A stretch of DNA of 8,164 nt from a virus (IMGVR_UViG_2609459850_000003), one strand, 5' to 3'; positions 1-7,748 are shown, counted from the first letter of the stretch. Translations and numbers: made by a program. Notes: a model not told the origin generated them from the letters alone.

Positions 1-362
<362 letters not shown>

Positions 363-442
363 CAAGGATTTTGACTCATGGAAGAGTCCTTTTTATTTAA
401 ATTTCACATTCAGCGCTAAAAATAATCCGATTTAATATTAAT

Positions 443-1470
<1,028 letters not shown>

Positions 1471-1583
1471 GGATATTTATCAGGATTTATCGGCTTCAAA
1501 TCCCCGGATATGTTAAATCTTACCTCACCAGTGATGGGCACTGGCGGGAGGAGGATGTCAATCTGATAAACACAGAGGCGACT

Positions 1584-1844
1584 ATGGATTACACAAATCT
1601 ACCTAAACAAACTTTTGCTGATTTAATCGCACTCAGGCAAGCAGTCGTAGCTCTAATCAACTTGTTGCCGGAGAAGGAAAAGGAATTAGTTAAAGCGCTT
1701 CTTAACAGAACTGCCGCCGATTTTTCATCATATCCACTGACAGATGACCTTGCGGACCTTCCTGAATTAATTGCAGCGTCCGCCAATAAGCTTACTGAAG
1801 AGATTTACCCTCCTCAAAAATCTTCACAAAATTCCTGCGAGTAA
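1584..1844 (+). CDS. Possible small acidic helical protein (86 aa), antisense to the lysis operon; hypothetical
   Basis: ATG at 1584 is preceded by AGAGG at 1574-1578 (5-nt spacer). The translation has amphipathic-helix character (LIALRQAVVALINLLPEKEKELVKALL). Its 3' 53 nt overlap the convergent 183-aa ORF, and the C-terminal tail looks low-complexity. It occupies an otherwise unexplained gap of about 320 bp between the endolysin and the upstream ORF. Confidence 0.3.
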   Translation: MDYTNLPKQTFADLIALRQAVVALINLLPEKEKELVKALLNRTAADFSSYPLTDDLADLPELIAASANKLTEEIYPPQKSSQNSCE

Positions 1845-2343
1845 CTTCAATGCAATAATCGTAAAACGCCGCAAACTGCTCATCGCGGCGTTTTTTTTCA
1901 TCTTCAGAAGGAATCAGCACCGACAATTTTTTATTCAGATCAGCGACGCTGCCCTCCAGTTTTTCAATGGGCGATTCAATATCATCTTTTTCTGACCGCA
2001 ATGCCGTCGGTGGCGTCTTCAGAGAACCAGTAATTCTTCCCGGTAGCTTTCCTTTGTAGGTTATCCACACATTCTGCGCCTCTAAAATTATGGGGCGCTT
2101 TTCCGGCGACTGCTCATCCCCTTCACATAACCCGGCAGCAACATCCAGGAAGACCTGTCTGATGCTCCTTCTGGCTGCTGCCTCATAAAACTCCAGCGCG
2201 GCACCTTCAACACGGTCCAGCGAGATGTCCAGGTCAAAAATTTCACCGTCAAAGTGTTTTTTGTCCCGTAAGGCTACAGTTACCGCCACTTTATTCTCAA
2301 AATTGCGAACTCCTTTCACAACCAGTTCATAGTCTTGAGTCAT
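1792..2343 (-). CDS. Hypothetical phage protein (183 aa) located between holin and endolysin
   Basis: Long ORF on the lysis-operon strand; first ATG at 2343 lies 4 nt after the holin stop, with a purine-rich GAGAG upstream (the ORF track's 2364 start is TTG). Mixed charged and hydrophobic composition, no transmembrane segment seen by eye, no family recognised. Occupies the slot of ydfR in K-12 Qin but is much longer. Confidence 0.6.
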   Translation of the reverse strand: MTQDYELVVKGVRNFENKVAVTVALRDKKHFDGEIFDLDISLDRVEGAALEFYEAAARRSIRQVFLDVAAGLCEGDEQSPEKRPIILEAQNVWITYKGKLPGRITGSLKTPPTALRSEKDDIESPIEKLEGSVADLNKKLSVLIPSEDEKKRRDEQFAAFYDYCIEVTRRNFVKIFEEGKSLQ

Positions 2344-2347
2344 TGGA

Positions 2348-2563
2348 TTACTCTCTTCTCGCAACCTTACGCCTGTCTTCTTTAATCTTGAAATAAAGGT
2401 TTGTCAGATACGTCAGCATGCCAAATACCAGACTACCCAATACACCTATTGCCGCCCACTGTGAGGGCGTGACTTTATCGAGCAACTGTAAAAACCAGTA
2501 GCCAGCACTGCCTGCAGAGGTGCTGTAGGCGATGCCCGTTGTTAACTTATCCATGGATTTCAT
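2348..2563 (-). CDS. Class II holin of the phage 21 S21 pinholin family, with dual-start motif
   Basis: 71-aa product [71 protein letters not shown]: two transmembrane domains (the first Gly/Ala/Ser-rich and SAR-like) and a basic C-terminus. The M1-K2-S3-M4 dual-start motif is characteristic of S21-68/S21-71 holin/antiholin. Strong RBS GGAGGTGAGG upstream of the ATG at 2563. The ORF-track extension to 2647 has no ATG start. Confidence 0.9.
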   Translation of the reverse strand: MKSMDKLTTGIAYSTSAGSAGYWFLQLLDKVTPSQWAAIGVLGSLVFGMLTYLTNLYFKIKEDRRKVARRE

Positions 2564-2648
2564 AGCCTCACCTCCGCAGATAACGGATGGTGTACACGGT
2601 TTGGTTCGAAGAAGGAAAGAAGTTACATTAGCGTAAGGCCCGAACATC

Positions 2649-2685
2649 TATTCAAAAAGAAAAACGCCAGCAATTATTCTGGCGT
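2649..2685 (-). terminator. Putative rho-independent terminator downstream of the AraC-family gene
   Basis: 7-bp perfect stem ACGCCAG (2664-2670) / CTGGCGT (2679-2685) with an 8-nt loop. On the minus strand it is followed by a T-rich tract (reverse complement of 2649-2663 is TTTTCTTTTTGAATA). About 70 nt downstream of the AraC stop. Confidence 0.5.
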
Positions 2686-2753
2686 AGCTAAAAATATCGT
2701 ATAATCTTACACTTCAAAAAATAACTTTATAAAATGCCATCACATCATATCTT

Positions 2754-3467
2754 CTAAGAAAATCTTGATAAATATTGGCGCGGAGGCACACCAAAATATC
2801 CTCTAAAAACACTTACAAAATATGATGCATTGTCATACCCGCATATTCCCGCCACCTTGCCGACAGTATGGTTACTGTAGATCAATAATCTTTGCGCCAT
2901 CATCATTCGTTCTTCAAGAATTAATTTACTAAACGATAACCCTTCGTCTTTTAATTTTCTTTTTAACAAACTCTCGCTCATATATAATCTTGAAGATATA
3001 TCACAAAGTCTCCATGACGCTGAGATATCCGAGTGAATAATAGCCTTAACTTTACAACCTAAGCTATTAAGACTTCCGAACAAAAAACTTTGCACTATTT
3101 TCTCTGAAGATAAGACAGCAAGACATGCAAGTGATATTTGATTTCTAACTACATCCACGGTTTTGCTATCACAATTCAAGCATGCAACCAAGTTCCTTAA
3201 CAAGGAAAAATCTTCACATTCTACTATCAAGTATGACGGATAAAACCTTCTTACAGAAAAAGGTGAGAGTGTGTAGTTTTTAAAGAAATCATTAACTGTT
3301 TTCTCCTCAACATCTACGATCATTAGATGATCTGTATTTGACGAAAAAAGATCTTTTAAATTGTATTCAATGAGGACAGCATTTCCTTTTTTAAACAAAA
3401 TATCTTCTTTACCAATTCGGACACCAAACGAGTTCAACACCAAAATGATAGAACATATGTATGGCAT
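2754..3467 (-). CDS. AraC/XylS-family transcriptional regulator (AppY/EnvY/Rns-like), AT-rich xenogeneic gene
   Basis: ATG at 3467 with RBS AGGTGG 5 nt upstream (the ORF-track start at 3476 is GTG). The C-terminal roughly 100 aa carry the double helix-turn-helix signature of the AraC family (...SFSKLILEERMMMAQRLLIYSNHTVGKVAGICGYDNASYFVSVFRGYFGVPPRQY). The gene and about 400 bp upstream are visibly AT-rich. Confidence 0.85.
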   Translation of the reverse strand: MPYICSIILVLNSFGVRIGKEDILFKKGNAVLIEYNLKDLFSSNTDHLMIVDVEEKTVNDFFKNYTLSPFSVRRFYPSYLIVECEDFSLLRNLVACLNCDSKTVDVVRNQISLACLAVLSSEKIVQSFLFGSLNSLGCKVKAIIHSDISASWRLCDISSRLYMSESLLKRKLKDEGLSFSKLILEERMMMAQRLLIYSNHTVGKVAGICGYDNASYFVSVFRGYFGVPPRQYLSRFS

Positions 3468-3873
3468 ATTATCCACCTGATATCATTGGGGTTACACCAG
3501 GTAAGTATAGGTGGAAAATCAATATTCGCCAGTTCAACAATAAGGAAAATCTCATTGCATCACAACTATAAAACCATGTGTTTAACTCACAAAAAACAAA
3601 TCATTAAACTAATCTGTTATATTATAATAGCTGCGTGCAATAATAATATTATATGCTCTTAATATTCACTTGAAATATCTTCATATAAAAACAGATTGAA
3701 TAAAATCTTTTGGGGCTGGTATGTTTACCAACATTAAATTGCATCTCAATGTTTTCTTTAGCGTGAACAGGATTTTTATACAAACTGACACTATGGGCAT
3801 CATAGCGTAGTTTTTACGATTGTAAATATCCTGCATACAGGAACTCATCACTTTCAGATGATATCGCATACAG

Positions 3874-4833
3874 TTAATTCACCATCAGTCTTAGAGCCAG
3901 TTCTTCCGGATAGGGATCGAAGTAATTCTGTGTAAGCAAGTAATCATTAGGATACTCACCCAGATAATGCTTCAGCAGAGTCAACGGCGCAAGAAGAGGC
4001 AATGTGCCAAAGCGATAGTTAAGTATAACCTCGCTCAACTCTTTACGCTGGCGTGTACTTAAGTAATTACTAAAATACCCCTGTATATGCATCAGCACAT
4101 TCGTGTGATTTTTACGTGATGCTGGTTTTCTGAGAATCGCCATCAGATTATCACGATACACCTCAAAGTATGATTCAAGGTCCGCCCACTCGTGTATTGC
4201 AGCCACAAATGGTCCCATATCTTTATAGCCTGCCTGGCTATGCGCCAACAACTGAAGCTTATAACGACTATGAAAAGCTAATAACTCTCTTCTTGATAAT
4301 TTCTCCTTGTAAAGATGATTGAGCTCATGCAAAGCAAAAACTCTTTCAATAAAATTCTCACGAAGCACTGGATCATGTAATCGCCCATCCTCTTCAACCG
4401 GTAGCCAGGAAAACTTTTCCATCAAAGTGCTCGTAAATAGTCCCACTCCATCTTTACGACCTCGATTACCATTTTCATCATAGACACGCACGCGCTCCAT
4501 GCCACAGCTGGGAGATTTAGCACAAACCACAAACCCCGATACATCCTTTAATTTGTCCATATAAGAACGACTAAACTCTGTCATTCTCTCTGTCACATCC
4601 TCATTCTGGTCGTGGCTGAAACACATCCGTATATTTCCTTGCTTCGAGCGCACAAGTCGTAGAGCAGGACGCGGAACTGGCAGCCCTATAGCCATTTCCG
4701 GACATACTGGTCTGAATGTTACCCATTCCACTAATTTGTCCATTAAAAAGTCATCTCTTTTGTGACCACCATCAAAACGAACAGCAGAACCGCCCAAACA
4801 ACCGCTGATCCCAATCACAGGTTTTTTTATCAT
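3874..4833 (-). CDS. DUF523 (TudS-like [4Fe-4S] thionucleobase desulfidase) fused to DUF1722 (YbgA-like); RudS-like
   Basis: 319-aa ORF; ATG at 4833 with strong RBS GGGGGAGG. N-terminus MIKKPVIGISGCLGGSAVRFDGGHK...PVCPE...KSPSCG matches the recalled DUF523/TudS pattern with three conserved Cys positioned as Fe-S ligands. The C-terminal roughly 170 aa are helical, consistent with DUF1722. The domain call is from recalled signatures, not a search. Confidence 0.75.
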   Translation of the reverse strand: MIKKPVIGISGCLGGSAVRFDGGHKRDDFLMDKLVEWVTFRPVCPEMAIGLPVPRPALRLVRSKQGNIRMCFSHDQNEDVTERMTEFSRSYMDKLKDVSGFVVCAKSPSCGMERVRVYDENGNRGRKDGVGLFTSTLMEKFSWLPVEEDGRLHDPVLRENFIERVFALHELNHLYKEKLSRRELLAFHSRYKLQLLAHSQAGYKDMGPFVAAIHEWADLESYFEVYRDNLMAILRKPASRKNHTNVLMHIQGYFSNYLSTRQRKELSEVILNYRFGTLPLLAPLTLLKHYLGEYPNDYLLTQNYFDPYPEELALRLMVN

Positions 4834-5025
4834 TTCCTCCCCCTTGACTAATTCATTAACACATAAACTTTGTAGTGCACGGACTAAATTGCCTTTCTGG
4901 CTTCATCACTGACAATTTTTCTGTTATTGACTATTCCTAATATAGTAGGAAAGTTCTTTAAGTGATCGGTCGTACTCATCTATCTTTCATACTTACTCTC
5001 AACTATCAAAAGTACAGGATTTATT
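4834..5025. promoter_or_regulatory. Divergent intergenic region between the DUF523-DUF1722 gene (-) and the lipocalin gene (+); presumed promoters and operators
   Basis: 192-bp AT-rich spacer between divergently oriented start codons. Contains TTGACT-like hexamers (for example 4927-4932) and an imperfect direct repeat TGACAAT (4910-4916) / TGACTAT (4928-4934). No promoter could be assigned confidently by eye. Confidence 0.35.
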
Positions 5026-5550
5026 ATGAAGTTATGGCCTGTGTTGACTGGCATTGCACTCTCTTTCACTCTTATAGCATGTAAGGCCCCGACACCACCT
5101 AAAGGTGTGCAGCCGATTACAAATTTTGACGCCAACCGCTACCTCGGAAAATGGTATGAAATAGCTCGCCTCGAGAACTGGTTCGAACGTGGTCTGGAAC
5201 AGGTCAGCGCTACTTATGAAAAACGGAACGACGGAGGGATTCGCGTACTTAACCGTGGATACGATCCAACGAAAAACAAATGGAGCGAGAGCGAAGGTAA
5301 AGCATACTTTACTGGAGATACTAAAACTGCAGCGTTGAAAGTTTCGTTTTTTGGCCCCTTCTATGGTGGCTATAATGTAATCAAACTGGATGATGAGTAT
5401 AAGTATGCTCTTGTCAGTGGTCCGAACAGAGAATACCTATGGATTCTGGCAAGGACCCAAACTATTCCAGATAATGTAAAAGCAGACTATGTGCGTACCG
5501 CTCAAAAGTTGGGATTCAATGTCAATGAACTATTATGGGTTAAACAATAA
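5026..5550 (+). CDS. Bacterial lipocalin (Blc-like outer-membrane lipoprotein)
   Basis: 174-aa ORF; ATG at 5026 with CAGGA 6 nt upstream. Lipoprotein signal with lipobox L-I-A-C. Lipocalin SCR1 motif NFDANRYLGKWYEIARLENWFERG and downstream KVSFFGPFYGGYNVIKLDDEY...YLWILART closely parallel E. coli Blc as recalled. Confidence 0.9.
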   Translation: MKLWPVLTGIALSFTLIACKAPTPPKGVQPITNFDANRYLGKWYEIARLENWFERGLEQVSATYEKRNDGGIRVLNRGYDPTKNKWSESEGKAYFTGDTKTAALKVSFFGPFYGGYNVIKLDDEYKYALVSGPNREYLWILARTQTIPDNVKADYVRTAQKLGFNVNELLWVKQ

Positions 5551-5578
5551 AATCCCCACCCGAAATGATACTTATTAG

Positions 5579-5605
5579 AAAAAAACCAGCCTTTGGGGAG
5601 GCTGG
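5579..5605 (-). terminator. Rho-independent terminator on the minus strand, candidate tR' of the phage late operon
   Basis: Stem CCAGCCT (5586-5592) / AGGCTGG (5599-5605) with a 6-nt loop, followed on the minus strand by seven U (A-run 5579-5585 on plus). About 100 nt downstream of the Q stop, matching the lambdoid pR'-tR' architecture. No T-run follows on the plus strand, so it is not a good terminator for the lipocalin gene. Confidence 0.6.
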
Positions 5606-5705
5606 CTAAATCAGGAAACAAGCTGTTATATGATAATAACTACGTTGCGATTCCAACATTTAAAATGTTAGACTAATGAAAATCAGACAGCAACTTTTCC
5701 TTTAA
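5606..5705 (-). promoter_or_regulatory. Putative late promoter pR' / qut region between Q and the tR'-like terminator
   Basis: Position is immediately downstream of Q and upstream of the intrinsic terminator. Contains a 7-1-7 palindrome AACATTT-a-AAATGTT (5655-5669) and several -10-like hexamers on the minus strand (TATAAC, TTAAAT). Exact -35/-10 not assignable by eye. Confidence 0.3.
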
Positions 5706-6083
5706 TTATTTCGAACAATCAGCATCCATCTCCAATCGGAGATCCAACACCATCAGCATGCCCTCCACTACGCCCTCAGCTTTCTGGAGCATCCTGCCAA
5801 CCCAACAATCAGATCGCCCATGCTTACGTGCAAGCGCCATAAAAGTCATGCCGCCGACATAATAGTCCACCAATAAATCATGTAAATCGCTGTTGTTTTT
5901 TTTCAGGCGAGCCATACATTCACAAATGATCATCGCGTCATCGTCACAGCATTGCGGACGAGATCTTACTTTTGAAGGAATTAATCCCTTAAAACCGGCG
6001 GCAATGGACGACCAGGTCACATCTTCATGATTATTAGCCGCCCATGCCCCCCAACGCTCAAGAACCATCTGAATATCACGCAT
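5706..6083 (-). CDS. Phage late-gene antitermination protein Q (phage 82/21 QuuD-like type)
   Basis: 125 aa from ATG at 6083 with RBS GGAG 7 nt upstream (the ORF-track start at 6098 is TTG). Sequence [24 protein letters not shown]...[32 protein letters not shown] closely resembles DLP12 QuuD as recalled, including the Cys cluster. Located immediately upstream of the late promoter/terminator and lysis genes. Confidence 0.8.
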   Translation of the reverse strand: MRDIQMVLERWGAWAANNHEDVTWSSIAAGFKGLIPSKVRSRPQCCDDDAMIICECMARLKKNNSDLHDLLVDYYVGGMTFMALARKHGRSDCWVGRMLQKAEGVVEGMLMVLDLRLEMDADCSK

Positions 6084-6100
6084 CAACTTACTCCACAAAA

Positions 6101-7150
6101 TTAGGCCAGCACACCAATTGCCAGCGCGCGATCGATAAATCGAAAAATCAGCTCCAGTTGGGAGCCATACTTCTCTTCAAATGCCACGGTATCCGTATGC
6201 AACTCGTCGTGATGCTTTCTGCACAAAGGCAAAACAAAGAGATCATGTGCTTTGGTTCCCATTCCGCCCTGCCCGTGACCAATCAGATGATGCGGATCGT
6301 CGGCTGGCATACCGCAGCAAGCACACGGCTGTGTCTTAACCCAGCGTGTGTATTTCTCCTTAACCCACCGGTGACGTTTAGGCAGCTTCATGAAAGATTC
6401 CGGAGACTCTGGATCAACGGTGATGCTTACCACCGTCTTTTCCTGTGATGGGTTTTGTTGCTGGTGGGCGTGAGGCAACGGTGCAAGATTTTTTGTGCGC
6501 TGTTTCAATATGCTGGTGGCGGTCTGCTCTCCCGGTACGATGTCGCTTTCGCGGTACACCGAGCAGATTTTTTCCGCTGGTAATCCCAGCGAGCGACGTA
6601 ATACCGCTTCCGGTAGCGCGTCCGCCAGCTGATTGCGGACCGCCCACCAGGATAATTCAGCCAGAGATAATTCACGCTCCTGCGTACCGCTTATTGCGTG
6701 ACCGATGACGTCAATCATCCATGCTGACAGGTTTTGATGAGCAAGTTGCTCGAGTGATTCGGATGTCTGGTCACGCAGCTGGTTGTCGCAGTGCCAGCAC
6801 AACACCATTGCGCCGGTACCATATCGGTGAATAACGGTTTCGCTGTGATGATAATCGCCGTGTGGCCACTGGCAGGATTTAATATGGCGCAACAGCCAGT
6901 CAGACAATGCACCAGCACCACCAGCAGCACGAATTACCCGTGCGTTACTGAAAAACGGCAGCAATGTTTTGTCTTCCACCAGCGGCTGGCGAACGGCAGG
7001 AACGACCCCGGACGGCAGATTACGCATGCTTTTCGGTTCCGGCTCCACCAGTACCCGGGTATTGTGGAATACCGGCATGGATTCACGGCCCGGCTTAACG
7101 ACCACCAGCCCGAGTTCCGGTACCAGAACAGGTCGAAGTAATACCCGCAC
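6101..7150 (-). CDS. YdfU-like prophage protein (349 aa) with C-terminal Cys/His-rich YbcO-like putative zinc-binding/nuclease motif
   Basis: GTG start at 7150 preceded by GGAGG, with the upstream gene's TAA lying between the RBS and the start (coupled). Same length and genomic position (immediately upstream of Q) as Qin YdfU as recalled. C-terminus ...[45 protein letters not shown] resembles the small nin-region protein YbcO (DUF1364). Confidence 0.75.
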   Translation of the reverse strand: MRVLLRPVLVPELGLVVVKPGRESMPVFHNTRVLVEPEPKSMRNLPSGVVPAVRQPLVEDKTLLPFFSNARVIRAAGGAGALSDWLLRHIKSCQWPHGDYHHSETVIHRYGTGAMVLCWHCDNQLRDQTSESLEQLAHQNLSAWMIDVIGHAISGTQERELSLAELSWWAVRNQLADALPEAVLRRSLGLPAEKICSVYRESDIVPGEQTATSILKQRTKNLAPLPHAHQQQNPSQEKTVVSITVDPESPESFMKLPKRHRWVKEKYTRWVKTQPCACCGMPADDPHHLIGHGQGGMGTKAHDLFVLPLCRKHHDELHTDTVAFEEKYGSQLELIFRFIDRALAIGVLA

Positions 7151-7151
7151 G

Positions 7152-7430
7152 TTACCTCCAGATGCGTTGCTGGAATGTACGGGACGGACGCGGTGGGCGT
7201 TCGGAGTAAGGCAATCTGACTGAGATTATCCAGTGACGGTAGTCGAGACTAAGGGCTTTCTTAACCTCGTATCCGCGCCTGCGGTAACACTGAATTATCC
7301 ATTCAGCCTGCTCTTCAGTGCATGGAGGGTGTTGGAACCATTCAGACTTGAATGCGTGAGAATACCGCTCGTGCGTGCAGACAAGAACGGGCGAATTATC
7401 AGAATTGTAATATTTTACGTTGCGTGCCAT
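7152..7430 (-). CDS. Hypothetical phage nin-region protein (92 aa)
   Basis: ATG at 7430 with GGAG 7 nt upstream. Its stop is 1 nt from the YdfU-like start, so the two are likely co-translated. Contains Cys/His residues (LVCTHERYSHAF...HPPCTEE). No family recognised. Confidence 0.55.
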   Translation of the reverse strand: MARNVKYYNSDNSPVLVCTHERYSHAFKSEWFQHPPCTEEQAEWIIQCYRRRGYEVKKALSLDYRHWIISVRLPYSERPPRPSRTFQQRIWR

Positions 7431-7496
7431 CGGTTTTCTCCGGTGGCACGGTGTTACTCAGCGGGAGTTCAGCCCCGCGCAAGATTGTAGATGAGT

Positions 7497-7748
7497 TTAT
7501 TCTTCTGCAAAAGCTGAAAAGCCTGCTTTTATTCCGATCTCTTTCAGTGCCTGTAATGAAGTGACAAACTCACCTTCGCGCAAGATAAATCCGTCTGTCA
7601 CTCGACCATCCACAAAATTAATTAACGCAGCCCCATTCTTTCGCAAACACATAATGCGGTAATGACTAACAAGATTTCCATTTTCAACGCACACAGCATA
7701 GAGGCCATCTTCACAAAAATTTTTACGCAGTTCTTCGATATTCATCAT
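7497..7748 (-). CDS. Hypothetical phage protein (83 aa), possibly Rem-like
   Basis: ATG at 7748 with RBS GGAAGGA 5 nt upstream. Same length and relative position as rem next to ydfU in K-12 Qin as recalled; no sequence-level confirmation is possible here. Its upstream region is cut by IS1. Confidence 0.55.
   Translation of the reverse strand: MMNIEELRKNFCEDGLYAVCVENGNLVSHYRIMCLRKNGAALINFVDGRVTDGFILREGEFVTSLQALKEIGIKAGFSAFAEE

Noticed and set aside
1589-1786. 65-aa minus-strand ORF in the holin-endolysin gap
   Set aside because: Ser/Ala/Arg-rich translation typical of the antisense frame of a real gene, and no RBS. The plus-strand ORF 1584-1844 is the better, though still uncertain, candidate for this interval.
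1771-1995. 74-aa plus-strand ORF
   Set aside because: Lies antisense within the 183-aa minus-strand ORF; translation is Phe/Ile/Arg-rich and low-complexity.
2595-2625. GGTTCGAA motif resembling a tRNA T-loop
   Set aside because: The flanking bases do not form a T-arm stem (TTTGG versus AAGGA), and no acceptor or anticodon arms could be built. Not a tRNA.
2564-2647. N-terminal extension of the holin ORF (99-aa version in the ORF track)
   Set aside because: The extended frame has no ATG start, whereas the ATG at 2563 has a strong GGAGG RBS and yields the canonical 71-aa S21-type holin with the dual-start motif.
3681-3869. 62-aa minus-strand ORF starting 4 nt after the DUF523-DUF1722 stop
   Set aside because: Lies in the extremely AT-rich leader of the AraC-family gene, where chance ORFs rich in Ile/Lys/Phe/Asn are expected; weak RBS. 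A small hydrophobic peptide cannot be fully excluded without conservation or ribosome-profiling data.
2564-5705. Search for Shiga-toxin (stxA/stxB) or tRNA genes in the Q-to-holin slot
   Set aside because: None of the ORFs resembles an RNA N-glycosidase A subunit or a small pentameric B subunit, and no tRNA-like cloverleaf could be built. The slot holds the lipocalin, DUF523-DUF1722 and AraC genes instead.
6044-7223. Six overlapping ORFs (71-134 aa, both strands) within the YdfU-like gene
   Set aside because: All lie in alternative frames of a long, well-supported, GC-rich coding region; translations are Arg/Pro/Thr/Cys-rich and low-complexity. Artefacts of GC-rich sequence.
7461-7478. Short GC hairpin (GCGGG...CCCGC) between the 83-aa and 92-aa ORFs
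   Set aside because: Only a 5-bp stem, and no U-tract follows on either strand. Not a convincing terminator.
7233-7564. Two plus-strand ORFs (85 aa and 70 aa)
   Set aside because: Antisense to the 92-aa and 83-aa minus-strand genes, which have clear RBS and ATG starts; no start signals of their own.
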